A stretch of 22,326 nucleotides of DNA from an archaeon. GTDB lineage: Archaea > Iainarchaeota > Iainarchaeia > Iainarchaeales > CSSED10-239. The stretch covers positions 26,503 to 48,828 of the forward strand of contig DAOOON010000003.1 in the NCBI GenBank assembly GCA_035387745.1, given 5' to 3'. Of this stretch, positions 1 to 6,278 are shown one piece after another (within the stretch, counting starts at the first letter, position 1; each line of letters opens with the position of its first letter). The position numbers were made by a program, and so were the translations under genes. The notes under the pieces are model-generated. The model ran no database searches and had not been told where the DNA came from. It was given only the letters and a program-made list of their open reading frames with translations.

Positions 1-1010
1 TACCTGACATATCGGTTACATTAGTTGTATTAAAATCTAAGGGCTGATTAAAACTGGTTGCATCAGAAAACATACCTGACATATCGGTTACATTAGTTGT
101 ATTAAAATCTAAGGGCTGATTAAAACTTGATGCATTCCTAAACATCTCAGACATATCAGTTACATTAGAGGTATCAAAATTTGATAAAAGTCGGTTGAAA
201 TTGGAAGCATCTCTAAACATCCAATGCATATTGGTTACATTAGAAGTATCAAAAGAAGATAAAGACTGATTGAAACTACGTGCACCTGAAAACATACCAT
301 ACATATCAGTTACATTAGAAGTATCAAAAGAAGATAAAGACTGATTGAAACTATGTGCATCAAAAAACATAGCGCCCATATTAGTTACATTAGAAGTATC
401 AAAAGAAGATAAAGACTGATTGAAACTACTCGCACCTGAAAACATACTACGCATATTAGTTACATTAGAAGTATCAAAAGAAGATAAAGGCTGGTTGAAA
501 CTACTCGCACCTGAAAACATACCCCACATATCAGTTACATTAGAAGTATCAAAAGAAGATAATGGTTGATTGAAACTAGATGCATTACGAAACATATGTT
601 GCATACCAGTTACATTAGAGGTATCGAAATTAGATAAAGACTGGTTGAAACTAGAAGCATTACGAAACATATAAGACATATTGCCTACTTTAGAGGTGTC
701 AAAATTTGATATGGGCTGATTGAAACTCATATCATAAATACATCCAAACATATTACGCATATTAATTACATTAGAGGTATCAAAAGAAGATAATGGCTGG
801 TTAAAATCGATCGCACACTGAAACATCGCAAACATATCTGTTACACTAGAGGTATTAAAATCTAAAGGTTGATTGAAACTAGAAGCATTAGAAAACATAA
901 AAGACATATTAATTACATTAGATGTATCAAAAGACAATGGTTGGTTAAAACTAGAGGCCATATTAAACATAGACCCCATATTAGTTACTTTAGAGGTATC
1001 CCAAGAATTT
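1..1010 (-). repeat. In-frame tandem coding repeats, period 72-81 nt, 14 units, inside the surface-protein gene
   Basis: The anchor gttaca (or a 1-nt variant) recurs at 15, 87, 159, 234, 309, 384, 459, 534, 609, 684, 765, 840, 912 and 984. Spacings are 72,72,75,75,75,75,75,75,75,81,75,72,72. Units 1-72 and 73-144 are identical over their first 55 nt. A 45-nt core gttacattagaagtatcaaaagaagataaagactgattgaaacta is identical in the units starting at 234, 309 and 384. Confidence 0.9.
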
Positions 1011-1987
1011 ATGCTTTCATTAAATACTAAACTACTACATTTATAAAATATGCCTTCTAAATTTGTTGTGCCATTTAAATCCAGTACGTCTGTAGCAGTA
1101 ATATCTAGATTAGAACAGCCATAAAAATAATAACCATTGTTACCTAGATTTAGGTTACCCCAGTTTTTTATTTCTATAAGTTTTAATCTGTCGCCATTAT
1201 TATTAAAACGAAATCCTTTAATTACTCCAGTTATTTTTATTTCATAAATTCCTGGCTCTGAATAAGTATGTGTTGCTTCTGGCTGATTCCAAGAAGTAAT
1301 ATGACTATTTGTACCATCATTCCAATCAACATTAAAATTATAAGTTCCTGATGATTCTAATGGCAACCTGATTTGACTGCTATCAGAAGAAGGGAGATTA
1401 CCAGCATCTGAATTGGTAGGGGTTGCTTTTGGCTGGTTCAAAGAAGTGATATTACTATCTGTGTCATCATTCCAATCAACACTAAAATTATAAGTATCTA
1501 TTCCTTCTAATGGTGATCCATCTTCTAATGTTGATCCGATTTGATTGCCAGTAGAAGAAGGAGAGGGTGACCCAGAAGAACCATCACTTGTATTTCTTGT
1601 ATCAAATACTAATATTGTTGGAGGGCCAGTTTCTTCTGAACCTGGTGGCTCATCCCCATCTTCATCATCGCTATCTCCATCATCTGGAACAATGTGGCTA
1701 CTACCACCATCCATTGATACTTGATCAACACCATCATAAATTATTGCTTTATCATAACTGGTTTTTAATTCAGATTCATTCATGTCTCTAGAAATTCCCG
1801 CTGAACCTCTTGATCTCTCACCAATATTTCCAAAATAAAAAGTTCCAAATATTATTACTCCAACAACTAAAACACCCATTATAATCAAAACTTCCATTGT
1901 TGCTTGTGCTTTTCTTTTTAAATCAGTTTTTTGTGGTTTGTTGTTTTTAGATAAAGTTTCTCTATTTCTAATTAATTTTTGACCCAT
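1..1987 (-). CDS. Surface protein, C-terminus cut by window edge: class III (pilin-like) signal or TM anchor, acidic linker, duplicated ~50-aa module, then at least 14 DUF285/BspA-type leucine-rich repeats
   Basis: My own minus-strand translation from ATG (1987-1985) is stop-free down to position 2 (662 codons). It is absent from the ORF track because there is no stop in the window. The N-terminus is MGQKLIRNRETLSKNNKPQKTDLKRKAQATMEVLIIMGVLVVGVIIFGTFYF, followed by DDGDSDDEDGDEPP. YNF[SN]VDWND[DG]T.S.ITS[LW]NQP then occurs twice, the second copy continuing HTYSEPGIYEIKITG. After that come repeats MF..A.SFNQ[PS]L..FDTSNVT.M every 24-27 aa. Confidence 0.8.
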   Translation of the reverse strand, partial: MGQKLIRNRETLSKNNKPQKTDLKRKAQATMEVLIIMGVLVVGVIIFGTFYFGNIGERSRGSAGISRDMNESELKTSYDKAIIYDGVDQVSMDGGSSHIVPDDGDSDDEDGDEPPGSEETGPPTILVFDTRNTSDGSSGSPSPSSTGNQIGSTLEDGSPLEGIDTYNFSVDWNDDTDSNITSLNQPKATPTNSDAGNLPSSDSSQIRLPLESSGTYNFNVDWNDGTNSHITSWNQPEATHTYSEPGIYEIKITGVIKGFRFNNNGDRLKLIEIKNWGNLNLGNNGYYFYGCSNLDITATDVLDLNGTTNLEGIFYKCSSLVFNESINSWDTSKVTNMGSMFNMASSFNQPLSFDTSNVINMSFMFSNASSFNQPLDFNTSSVTDMFAMFQCAIDFNQPLSSFDTSNVINMRNMFGCIYDMSFNQPISNFDTSKVGNMSYMFRNASSFNQSLSNFDTSNVTGMQHMFRNASSFNQPLSSFDTSNVTDMWGMFSGASSFNQPLSSFDTSNVTNMRSMFSGASSFNQSLSSFDTSNVTNMGAMFFDAHSFNQSLSSFDTSNVTDMYGMFSGARSFNQSLSSFDTSNVTNMHWMFRDASNFNRLLSNFDTSNVTDMSEMFRNASSFNQPLDFNTTNVTDMSGMFSDATSFNQPLDFNTTNVTDMSG
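1281..1575 (-). repeat. Tandem ~150-nt duplication encoding two copies of a YNFxVDWNDxT module
   Basis: ggctgattccaagaagtaatatgactatttgtaccatcattccaatcaacattaaaattataagt (from 1281) matches ggctggttcaaagaagtgatattactatctgtgtcatcattccaatcaacactaaaattataagt (from 1431), an offset of 150 nt. Confidence 0.7.
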
Positions 1988-2103
1988 TATTTCTCAACCC
2001 AATAATCTAATATAAATATACTATAATAGAATAAGTAACAAAAATATATAAACTTTTGGTTTTTGGTTATAAAAAAATAGACAATGATAATTTTTTAAAA
2101 TTT

Positions 2104-2126
2104 AAAAAAATAAAAATAGAAAAAAA
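2104..2126 (-). terminator. Oligo-T tract directly after the TrmB-family gene stop (candidate archaeal terminator)
   Basis: Plus strand reads aaaaaaataaaaatagaaaaaaa, which is tttttttctatttttattttttt on the coding strand, starting 1 nt after TAG at 2127-2129. The AT-rich background lowers specificity. Confidence 0.3.
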
Positions 2127-2852
2127 CTACTTCTTCCAATAATCGTCAAAATGAGTAAGAAGTGCTTTTGTAAGACTTGGATTGTTTTTTAAAATTGTTA
2201 AATGATATGTCTCTTTTGGTGAAGATAAATCATTTAAAGACATAACAACTTTGTTCTTATCAATAATAAAAGCATCCATTGAGTGCTCTTTTTCTTGTAT
2301 ACTAAAATTCTTTGGAAGATCAAAGTCTTTTGTTATAGGTTTAGAGATTAATTTAACATTAATTTCTGGCATCTCTGAAACTGGCTTAAATGCATCAACT
2401 CTATCATCAATATTTGTAAAACCAGTAATTTCTTTTTTTGCGCCTTCAAATTCTTGAGATAATAACTTATTATAGTCTTTAATATTCTTAACTTGTAAAA
2501 TCTTTTCTTGAACTCCAGAAACCTGGTTTGCCCACGTCTCTTTACTTAAGACGTCTTTTACTTGTTTGTCAAGAACTGACAATTCTCTTTGTTTATTATC
2601 TATTAAGTATTTAAAAATCTCATTAGGATCAATTACCTTGTATTTTTTTGGTCTACCATAGACCTCTAGAACTAGTCCTTTTTCTTTTAATTTTTCTAAA
2701 ACATCATAGATTCTAGTCTTTGGAATCTCTGCGTTTCTACTGATGTGTGGAGCATCTGCTTCAACAAAATTAAATAAAGTAGTTAATGTTCTGGCCTCAT
2801 ATTCCGTAAGACCAAAGTCTAATAACAAACTCAATATTTTACTGTTTTGCAT
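2127..2852 (-). CDS. TrmB-family transcriptional regulator (winged HTH plus TrmB-type C-terminal domain)
   Basis: The N-terminus LLLDFGLTEYEARTLTTLFNFVEADAPHISRNAEIPKTRIYDVLEKLKEKGLVLEVYGRPKKYKVIDPNEIFKYL fits the TrmB wHTH pattern (LGL..yEa..Y..L......a.eia....vp..kvY.vL..L..kG.v). The track start at 2867 is a GTG. ATG at 2852 (MQNSKIL...) is preceded by GTGAATAGGGG and is preferred. Confidence 0.8.
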   Translation of the reverse strand: MQNSKILSLLLDFGLTEYEARTLTTLFNFVEADAPHISRNAEIPKTRIYDVLEKLKEKGLVLEVYGRPKKYKVIDPNEIFKYLIDNKQRELSVLDKQVKDVLSKETWANQVSGVQEKILQVKNIKDYNKLLSQEFEGAKKEITGFTNIDDRVDAFKPVSEMPEINVKLISKPITKDFDLPKNFSIQEKEHSMDAFIIDKNKVVMSLNDLSSPKETYHLTILKNNPSLTKALLTHFDDYWKK

Positions 2853-2910
2853 AGAACCCCTATTCACATTAATTTATTATATTATATATATTAACGATAG
2901 TTAAATAAAC

Positions 2911-3837
2911 CTATTCTTTTGAAACTTCTGCTGGCTTTTCTTCTTTTTTCTCGTTTTCTACTGTCGGAGCGGCAGTTGTTGCTGCTGGGGCTGCCGCTGT
3001 TGCTATTGGCATGGCAGCTACTAAAGGCGTTCTTCTAACATATGGTCTTCTTGGTGCGCTACCGGTTGTGCTACTTGGTCTTCTACCACCAGCTGCTGGC
3101 TTTCTTGCAGTAGCTTTAGTTGAAACCTTTCTAACTCTCTTTCCTGGAAGTGGCTGATCCTCATCCATTTCTTTTTCGCCATTTTCGCTATTATATACTA
3201 AATCGTCAATTGAATATGCATAGTCTTTGTCTGATTTTATTATTCCGTTTCTTAACTCAAGTTCTCTTATTAATAACCAGAAGAACAATGCTACTGATTT
3301 TCGCCCCTTATTGTTATAAGGAACAATCAAGTCTATGTTTCTTGTGTTGCTTGAAGTTGTACAAAGAGCAACAATTGGGATATTTGCTTTTGTGCTTTCA
3401 ACAACTGCTTGTCTATCAACATTAGGGTCTGCAATAAATACTAATTTTGGCTCTATAAAGTGTTCTGATTCAGGATTTGTAAAGGTTCCTGGAATAAATC
3501 TGTTTAATTTTGATTTATAACCAAATGCTTGCTCTAAAATTTTAACACCGGGAAGAGCATATTTCTTTCTAGAGATAAACACAACATCTGTAGGTTCATA
3601 TTTAGAAATAAAATCAATTGCAATCTTTATTCTTTTATCTATTATTTGAACATCCATGACATTGATCTTATCGTTTCTAGACTTGAATACAAATTTTCTC
3701 ATTGGTCCATTCTTGTATTTGGTTCCAATGTGTATTCCATTCTTTAGATATAAATCAACATTAACAAGAGTCCTACTCTGTGATGGTGTTCTGTTTTCGT
3801 TTTCAAAATTTCTTGGTTTTGCATTTACTTTATCCAT
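2911..3837 (-). CDS. rps2: 30S ribosomal protein uS2 with a long C-terminal Ala/Pro/Thr/Arg-rich extension
   Basis: Core reads DLYLKNGIHIGTKYKNGPMRKFVFKSRNDKINVMDVQIIDKRIKIAIDFI...FIADPNVDRQAVVESTKANIPIVALCTTS. It sits directly after rpoN. The track start at 3846 is the GTG of the GTGAT SD, so ATG at 3837 is preferred. Confidence 0.92.
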   Translation of the reverse strand: MDKVNAKPRNFENENRTPSQSRTLVNVDLYLKNGIHIGTKYKNGPMRKFVFKSRNDKINVMDVQIIDKRIKIAIDFISKYEPTDVVFISRKKYALPGVKILEQAFGYKSKLNRFIPGTFTNPESEHFIEPKLVFIADPNVDRQAVVESTKANIPIVALCTTSSNTRNIDLIVPYNNKGRKSVALFFWLLIRELELRNGIIKSDKDYAYSIDDLVYNSENGEKEMDEDQPLPGKRVRKVSTKATARKPAAGGRRPSSTTGSAPRRPYVRRTPLVAAMPIATAAAPAATTAAPTVENEKKEEKPAEVSKE

Positions 3838-3848
3838 TTTTATCACAT

Positions 3849-4043
3849 TTAATTATACTTCATAATCTCATCAATAACTTCAACATGAGTTAAAAGCATT
3901 CTTCTACAGCAATATTTATCTATGCCTAAGATATTTAATGCTTCCTCCGGAGTCTTCTTCTCCTGAGTTATCAATCTTACATACTCATCATATTTGTCAG
4001 CTACAACCTGACCACACGAAAAACATCTTACTGGACAAATCAT
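3849..4043 (-). CDS. rpoN: DNA-directed RNA polymerase subunit N (Rpo10)
   Basis: MICPVRCFSCGQVVADKYDEYV...YCCRRMLLTHV is the canonical RpoN/Rpb10 zinc motif. The track ORF (to 4082) starts at a GTG inside rps9. ATG at 4043 lies 5 nt after AGGTGA (4048-4053). Confidence 0.92.
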   Translation of the reverse strand: MICPVRCFSCGQVVADKYDEYVRLITQEKKTPEEALNILGIDKYCCRRMLLTHVEVIDEIMKYN

Positions 4044-4047
4044 TATT

Positions 4048-4449
4048 TCACCTTTTAGAATGTTGCTTTTTCTTTCTTGCACCTTTACCTAATTGGTGCT
4101 TTGGTTCTTTTCTTCTAACATCATCAACAAGAAGATGCCTATCATATGTCATAATCTTATCTTTTACTTTTTCTCTATTGTTTGCTGCAAGTATTGATTT
4201 AGCAATACATGATCTTGTTGCTTGAACTTGCGACATTACGCCGCCACCAGAAACATTAACAAAATAATCAAGCTTATTTGCTTCTTCGTCAAGAAGAATC
4301 ATTGGCTCTTTTATTAGCCCTTGCTTGTACCCTGAATAATATGCCTCTAGAGAATGGCCATTAACACGAACTTTGCCTGTTCCTGCTTTTGACATACATC
4401 TTGCAATTGCATTTTTTCTTGAAGCTTTAACAAAATAATTCTTTACCAT
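4048..4449 (-). CDS. rps9: 30S ribosomal protein uS9
   Basis: GKVRVNG...YFVNVSGGGVMSQVQATRSCIAKS...DDVRRKEPKHQLGKGARKKKQHSKR. The track start at 4458 is the GTG of AGGTGA, so ATG at 4449 is preferred. Confidence 0.93.
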   Translation of the reverse strand: MVKNYFVKASRKNAIARCMSKAGTGKVRVNGHSLEAYYSGYKQGLIKEPMILLDEEANKLDYFVNVSGGGVMSQVQATRSCIAKSILAANNREKVKDKIMTYDRHLLVDDVRRKEPKHQLGKGARKKKQHSKR

Positions 4450-4465
4450 TTTTTTCACCTAATAA

Positions 4466-4885
4466 TTATACTTTTAATTTTGCACCTAATAGTACGCAAA
4501 TCTCATTTAGATTCATGCCTTTTAATTTTGGTTTTTCTACAACTTCTTTTGACATGTCTTTAACATATGCTTCTGGAGCATCAACAAACACTTTAAGATT
4601 TTTTAAAGCAGCTTGACCTCTTGCATTTCTTGGAAGCATTCCTCTTACTGCAAACTTTATCATCTTGTCTGGATATCTTGGATATTTCGCATTCTTTAAC
4701 TGATTACCTTTTCCTTTTCTGTGTGTTCTTTCTTTAAATCTTGCCATGATGTCTTCTTTTGTTCCAGAAATAAACGCGTCGTTAGCATTAACAACTATTA
4801 TTTTTTCTGAGCTTCTTAAAAGCTTTGGAGCAATCTCAGAAGCAAGTCTTCCAAGTATTTTATTTTTTGCATTTAATACTATCAT
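4466..4885 (-). CDS. rpl13: 50S ribosomal protein uL13
   Basis: MIVLNAKNKILGRLASEIAPKLL...IIVVNANDAFISG...AVRGMLP. GGTGA lies 6 nt upstream of the ATG (tcacc 4892-4896). Confidence 0.93.
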   Translation of the reverse strand: MIVLNAKNKILGRLASEIAPKLLRSSEKIIVVNANDAFISGTKEDIMARFKERTHRKGKGNQLKNAKYPRYPDKMIKFAVRGMLPRNARGQAALKNLKVFVDAPEAYVKDMSKEVVEKPKLKGMNLNEICVLLGAKLKV

Positions 4886-4906
4886 ATGTTTTCACCAAAA
4901 TAAATT

Positions 4907-5266
4907 TTATTTTATTAATTTTACTTTTTTATAATCTATATTGTCCTTACAGAAATCTCTTAATGTCTTTAGTCCTTTATATTTTGTTTTTGCAGATTCT
5001 GAAAAGCTTAAAGCATAGATTGTTATCTTTTTTTCTAAAATCCCTGTTCCAAGTATTTTCCCAGGAATAACTACAATGTCTCCGTCGTTAATATAAGACA
5101 TCTTCTGTAAATTAAAAAGATTCTTTGACGGTTGTTTTTTTGAAGATGCTTCTAAAATCTTTGCAACGCTAACATATATTTCTTTTTTCTTATCCTTTGA
5201 TAACTTATATAGATTCTCAATCAACTTTTGAGTTTGTAAATTCTTTGTATCTTTTTTCATAATCAT
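4907..5266 (-). CDS. rpl18e: 50S ribosomal protein eL18 (L18e)
   Basis: DGDIVVIPGKILGTGILEKKITIYALSFSESAKTK matches the L18e C-terminal pattern, and the gene sits in the conserved slot upstream of rpl13. A second in-frame ATG lies at 5260. Confidence 0.88.
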   Translation of the reverse strand: MIMKKDTKNLQTQKLIENLYKLSKDKKKEIYVSVAKILEASSKKQPSKNLFNLQKMSYINDGDIVVIPGKILGTGILEKKITIYALSFSESAKTKYKGLKTLRDFCKDNIDYKKVKLIK

Positions 5267-5285
5267 TCTCTTTTTTAATTTTTTT

Positions 5286-5294
5286 AAATATTAA
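5286..5294 (-). promoter_or_regulatory. Candidate TATA box for the rpl18e-rpl13-rps9-rpoN-rps2 unit (leaderless geometry)
   Basis: The minus strand reads aaaaaaaagaTTAATATTTaaaaaaattaaaaaagagaATG, placing the TATA-like element at -28 to -20 from the ATG with an A-rich BRE-like tract upstream. No GGTGA SD is present, unlike internal genes. The AT-rich context keeps this weak. Confidence 0.3.
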
Positions 5295-5380
5295 TCTTTT
5301 TTTTAGTTCGTAGTTTTTTCTTTGGGCCTGAAAGAACTTTCTTTTTTACAAAAAACACAAGAAAACTAATATTTTCTGTG

Positions 5381-5408
5381 CCCAGAAAAATTTTTGATTT
5401 TTCTTGGG
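5381..5408 (-). terminator. AU-rich hairpin followed by T-runs downstream of tRNA-Leu (candidate end of the upstream transcription unit)
   Basis: cccagaaaaa (5381-5390) pairs with tttttcttggg (5398-5408), giving 10 bp with one bulge. On the minus strand, ttttcttgtgttttttg follows downstream. Confidence 0.25.
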
Positions 5409-5419
5409 GAAAGGGCCTC

Positions 5420-5501
5420 TGCTGAGGGCAGGATTCGAACCTGCGAAGCACTAAGCACTGGATCTTAAGTCCAGCCCCTTTGACCGCTCGGGAACCCCAG
5501 C
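5420..5501 (-). tRNA. tRNA-Leu, anticodon UAA, class II (long variable arm), no encoded CCA
   Basis: Folded by hand from the minus strand: GCTGGGG TT CCC-GAGCGGTCAAA-GGG G CTGGA-CTTAAGA-TCCAG TGCTTAGTGCTTC GCAGG-TTCGAAT-CCTGC CCTCAGC A. The acceptor stem is 7 bp with one G-U, the T-loop is TTCGAAT, the discriminator is A, and GAG follows instead of CCA. Pairing in the variable arm is weak. Confidence 0.88.
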
Positions 5502-5522
5502 GCTAAGTTTAGTCCTCTTACA

Positions 5523-6260
5523 TTACTTAAATTTCTTTTTAAGTAACATCATATACTCTTTAGTATATCTATCAAGCAACTTTACAATTGCTTCAATTGG
5601 TAATTGGCCAATTAATTCTATGTTTAATATATAATTATTAGTATCGTTAAGTTTTAAACAACTCTTTGGACAAGCATCAACACATGCTTGGCAGTTTGTA
5701 CATTTATTTACGTCATCAATCTTTGGCTTTCCTGAAACCATCTTCATACATTTTACTGGACAAGCATTAACACAAGCCTCACAACCATCACATCCTCTTA
5801 ATATCTCAAGTTCTGGCAACTGCTTAAAAGAAACAATTGCAGGAGAGAACTTAACGTGTGTTCTTCCTTGACCTTGAATAGCATAAGCATCAAGTCTTAG
5901 TCTTTGGTTTTCTTTTAGTTTTGTTAATGGTATGGTGTCATATACTGGCTTAACGTCCTCGTCATTTGATTGTAAATCGCCAGAATAAACGGTGCATGGG
6001 CCGTCTTTCTCTAAAGTTAGAGTTACTTTCTTTCCTGTTGATTCTGTTGGTGTTGTTAATGGTACTAATGCAATCCTATTAGCAAGCATCTCATCAACAA
6101 TAACTGAATCGTTCTCATAAAAATCAATCTCATCAACTGCATAGACTGATAAACAATAACTTATCTTCTTTCTTAAAGTATTCATGTCAATCGGGTCAAA
6201 GCCCTCTGCAAGATACTTGTAAGTTTTTCCAACAGTTTCAAGATAAGTTATTTTTGCCAT
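5523..6260 (-). CDS. rpoD: DNA-directed RNA polymerase subunit D (Rpo3) with ferredoxin-like 2x[4Fe-4S] motif domain
   Basis: The gene lies between rps11 and rpl18e. Conserved segments include LANRIALVPL and YAIQGQGRTHVKFSP. The insert carries CDGCEACVNACP and CTNCQACVDACP. Confidence 0.9.
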   Translation of the reverse strand: MAKITYLETVGKTYKYLAEGFDPIDMNTLRKKISYCLSVYAVDEIDFYENDSVIVDEMLANRIALVPLTTPTESTGKKVTLTLEKDGPCTVYSGDLQSNDEDVKPVYDTIPLTKLKENQRLRLDAYAIQGQGRTHVKFSPAIVSFKQLPELEILRGCDGCEACVNACPVKCMKMVSGKPKIDDVNKCTNCQACVDACPKSCLKLNDTNNYILNIELIGQLPIEAIVKLLDRYTKEYMMLLKKKFK

Positions 6261-6278
6261 ATTGTTCTGCCTACCATT

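Noticed and set aside
1-1010. A regular ~72-75-nt periodicity could be mistaken for a CRISPR array or a satellite.
   Set aside because: There is no repeat/unique-spacer alternation. The whole stretch is one stop-free minus-strand reading frame, and the period is a multiple of 3 (24-27 codons) encoding a recognisable LRR motif.
1567-1791. The track lists a 74-aa plus-strand ORF that is His/Leu-rich.
   Set aside because: It lies antisense to the acidic linker and Ser-rich part of the surface-protein gene. It has low-complexity composition, no SD and no family resemblance, so it is a shadow ORF.
3011-3157. A 48-aa plus-strand ORF looks like a two-helix membrane peptide (MAATKGVLLTYGLLGALPVVLLGLLPPAAGFLAVALVETFLTLFPGSG). 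It lies opposite the uS2 tail.
   Set aside because: The antisense of a GC-rich Ala/Pro/Thr/Arg-coding stretch is naturally stop-free and hydrophobic. There is no SD or promoter-like element upstream of its ATG. It could only be revived by ribosome-profiling evidence.
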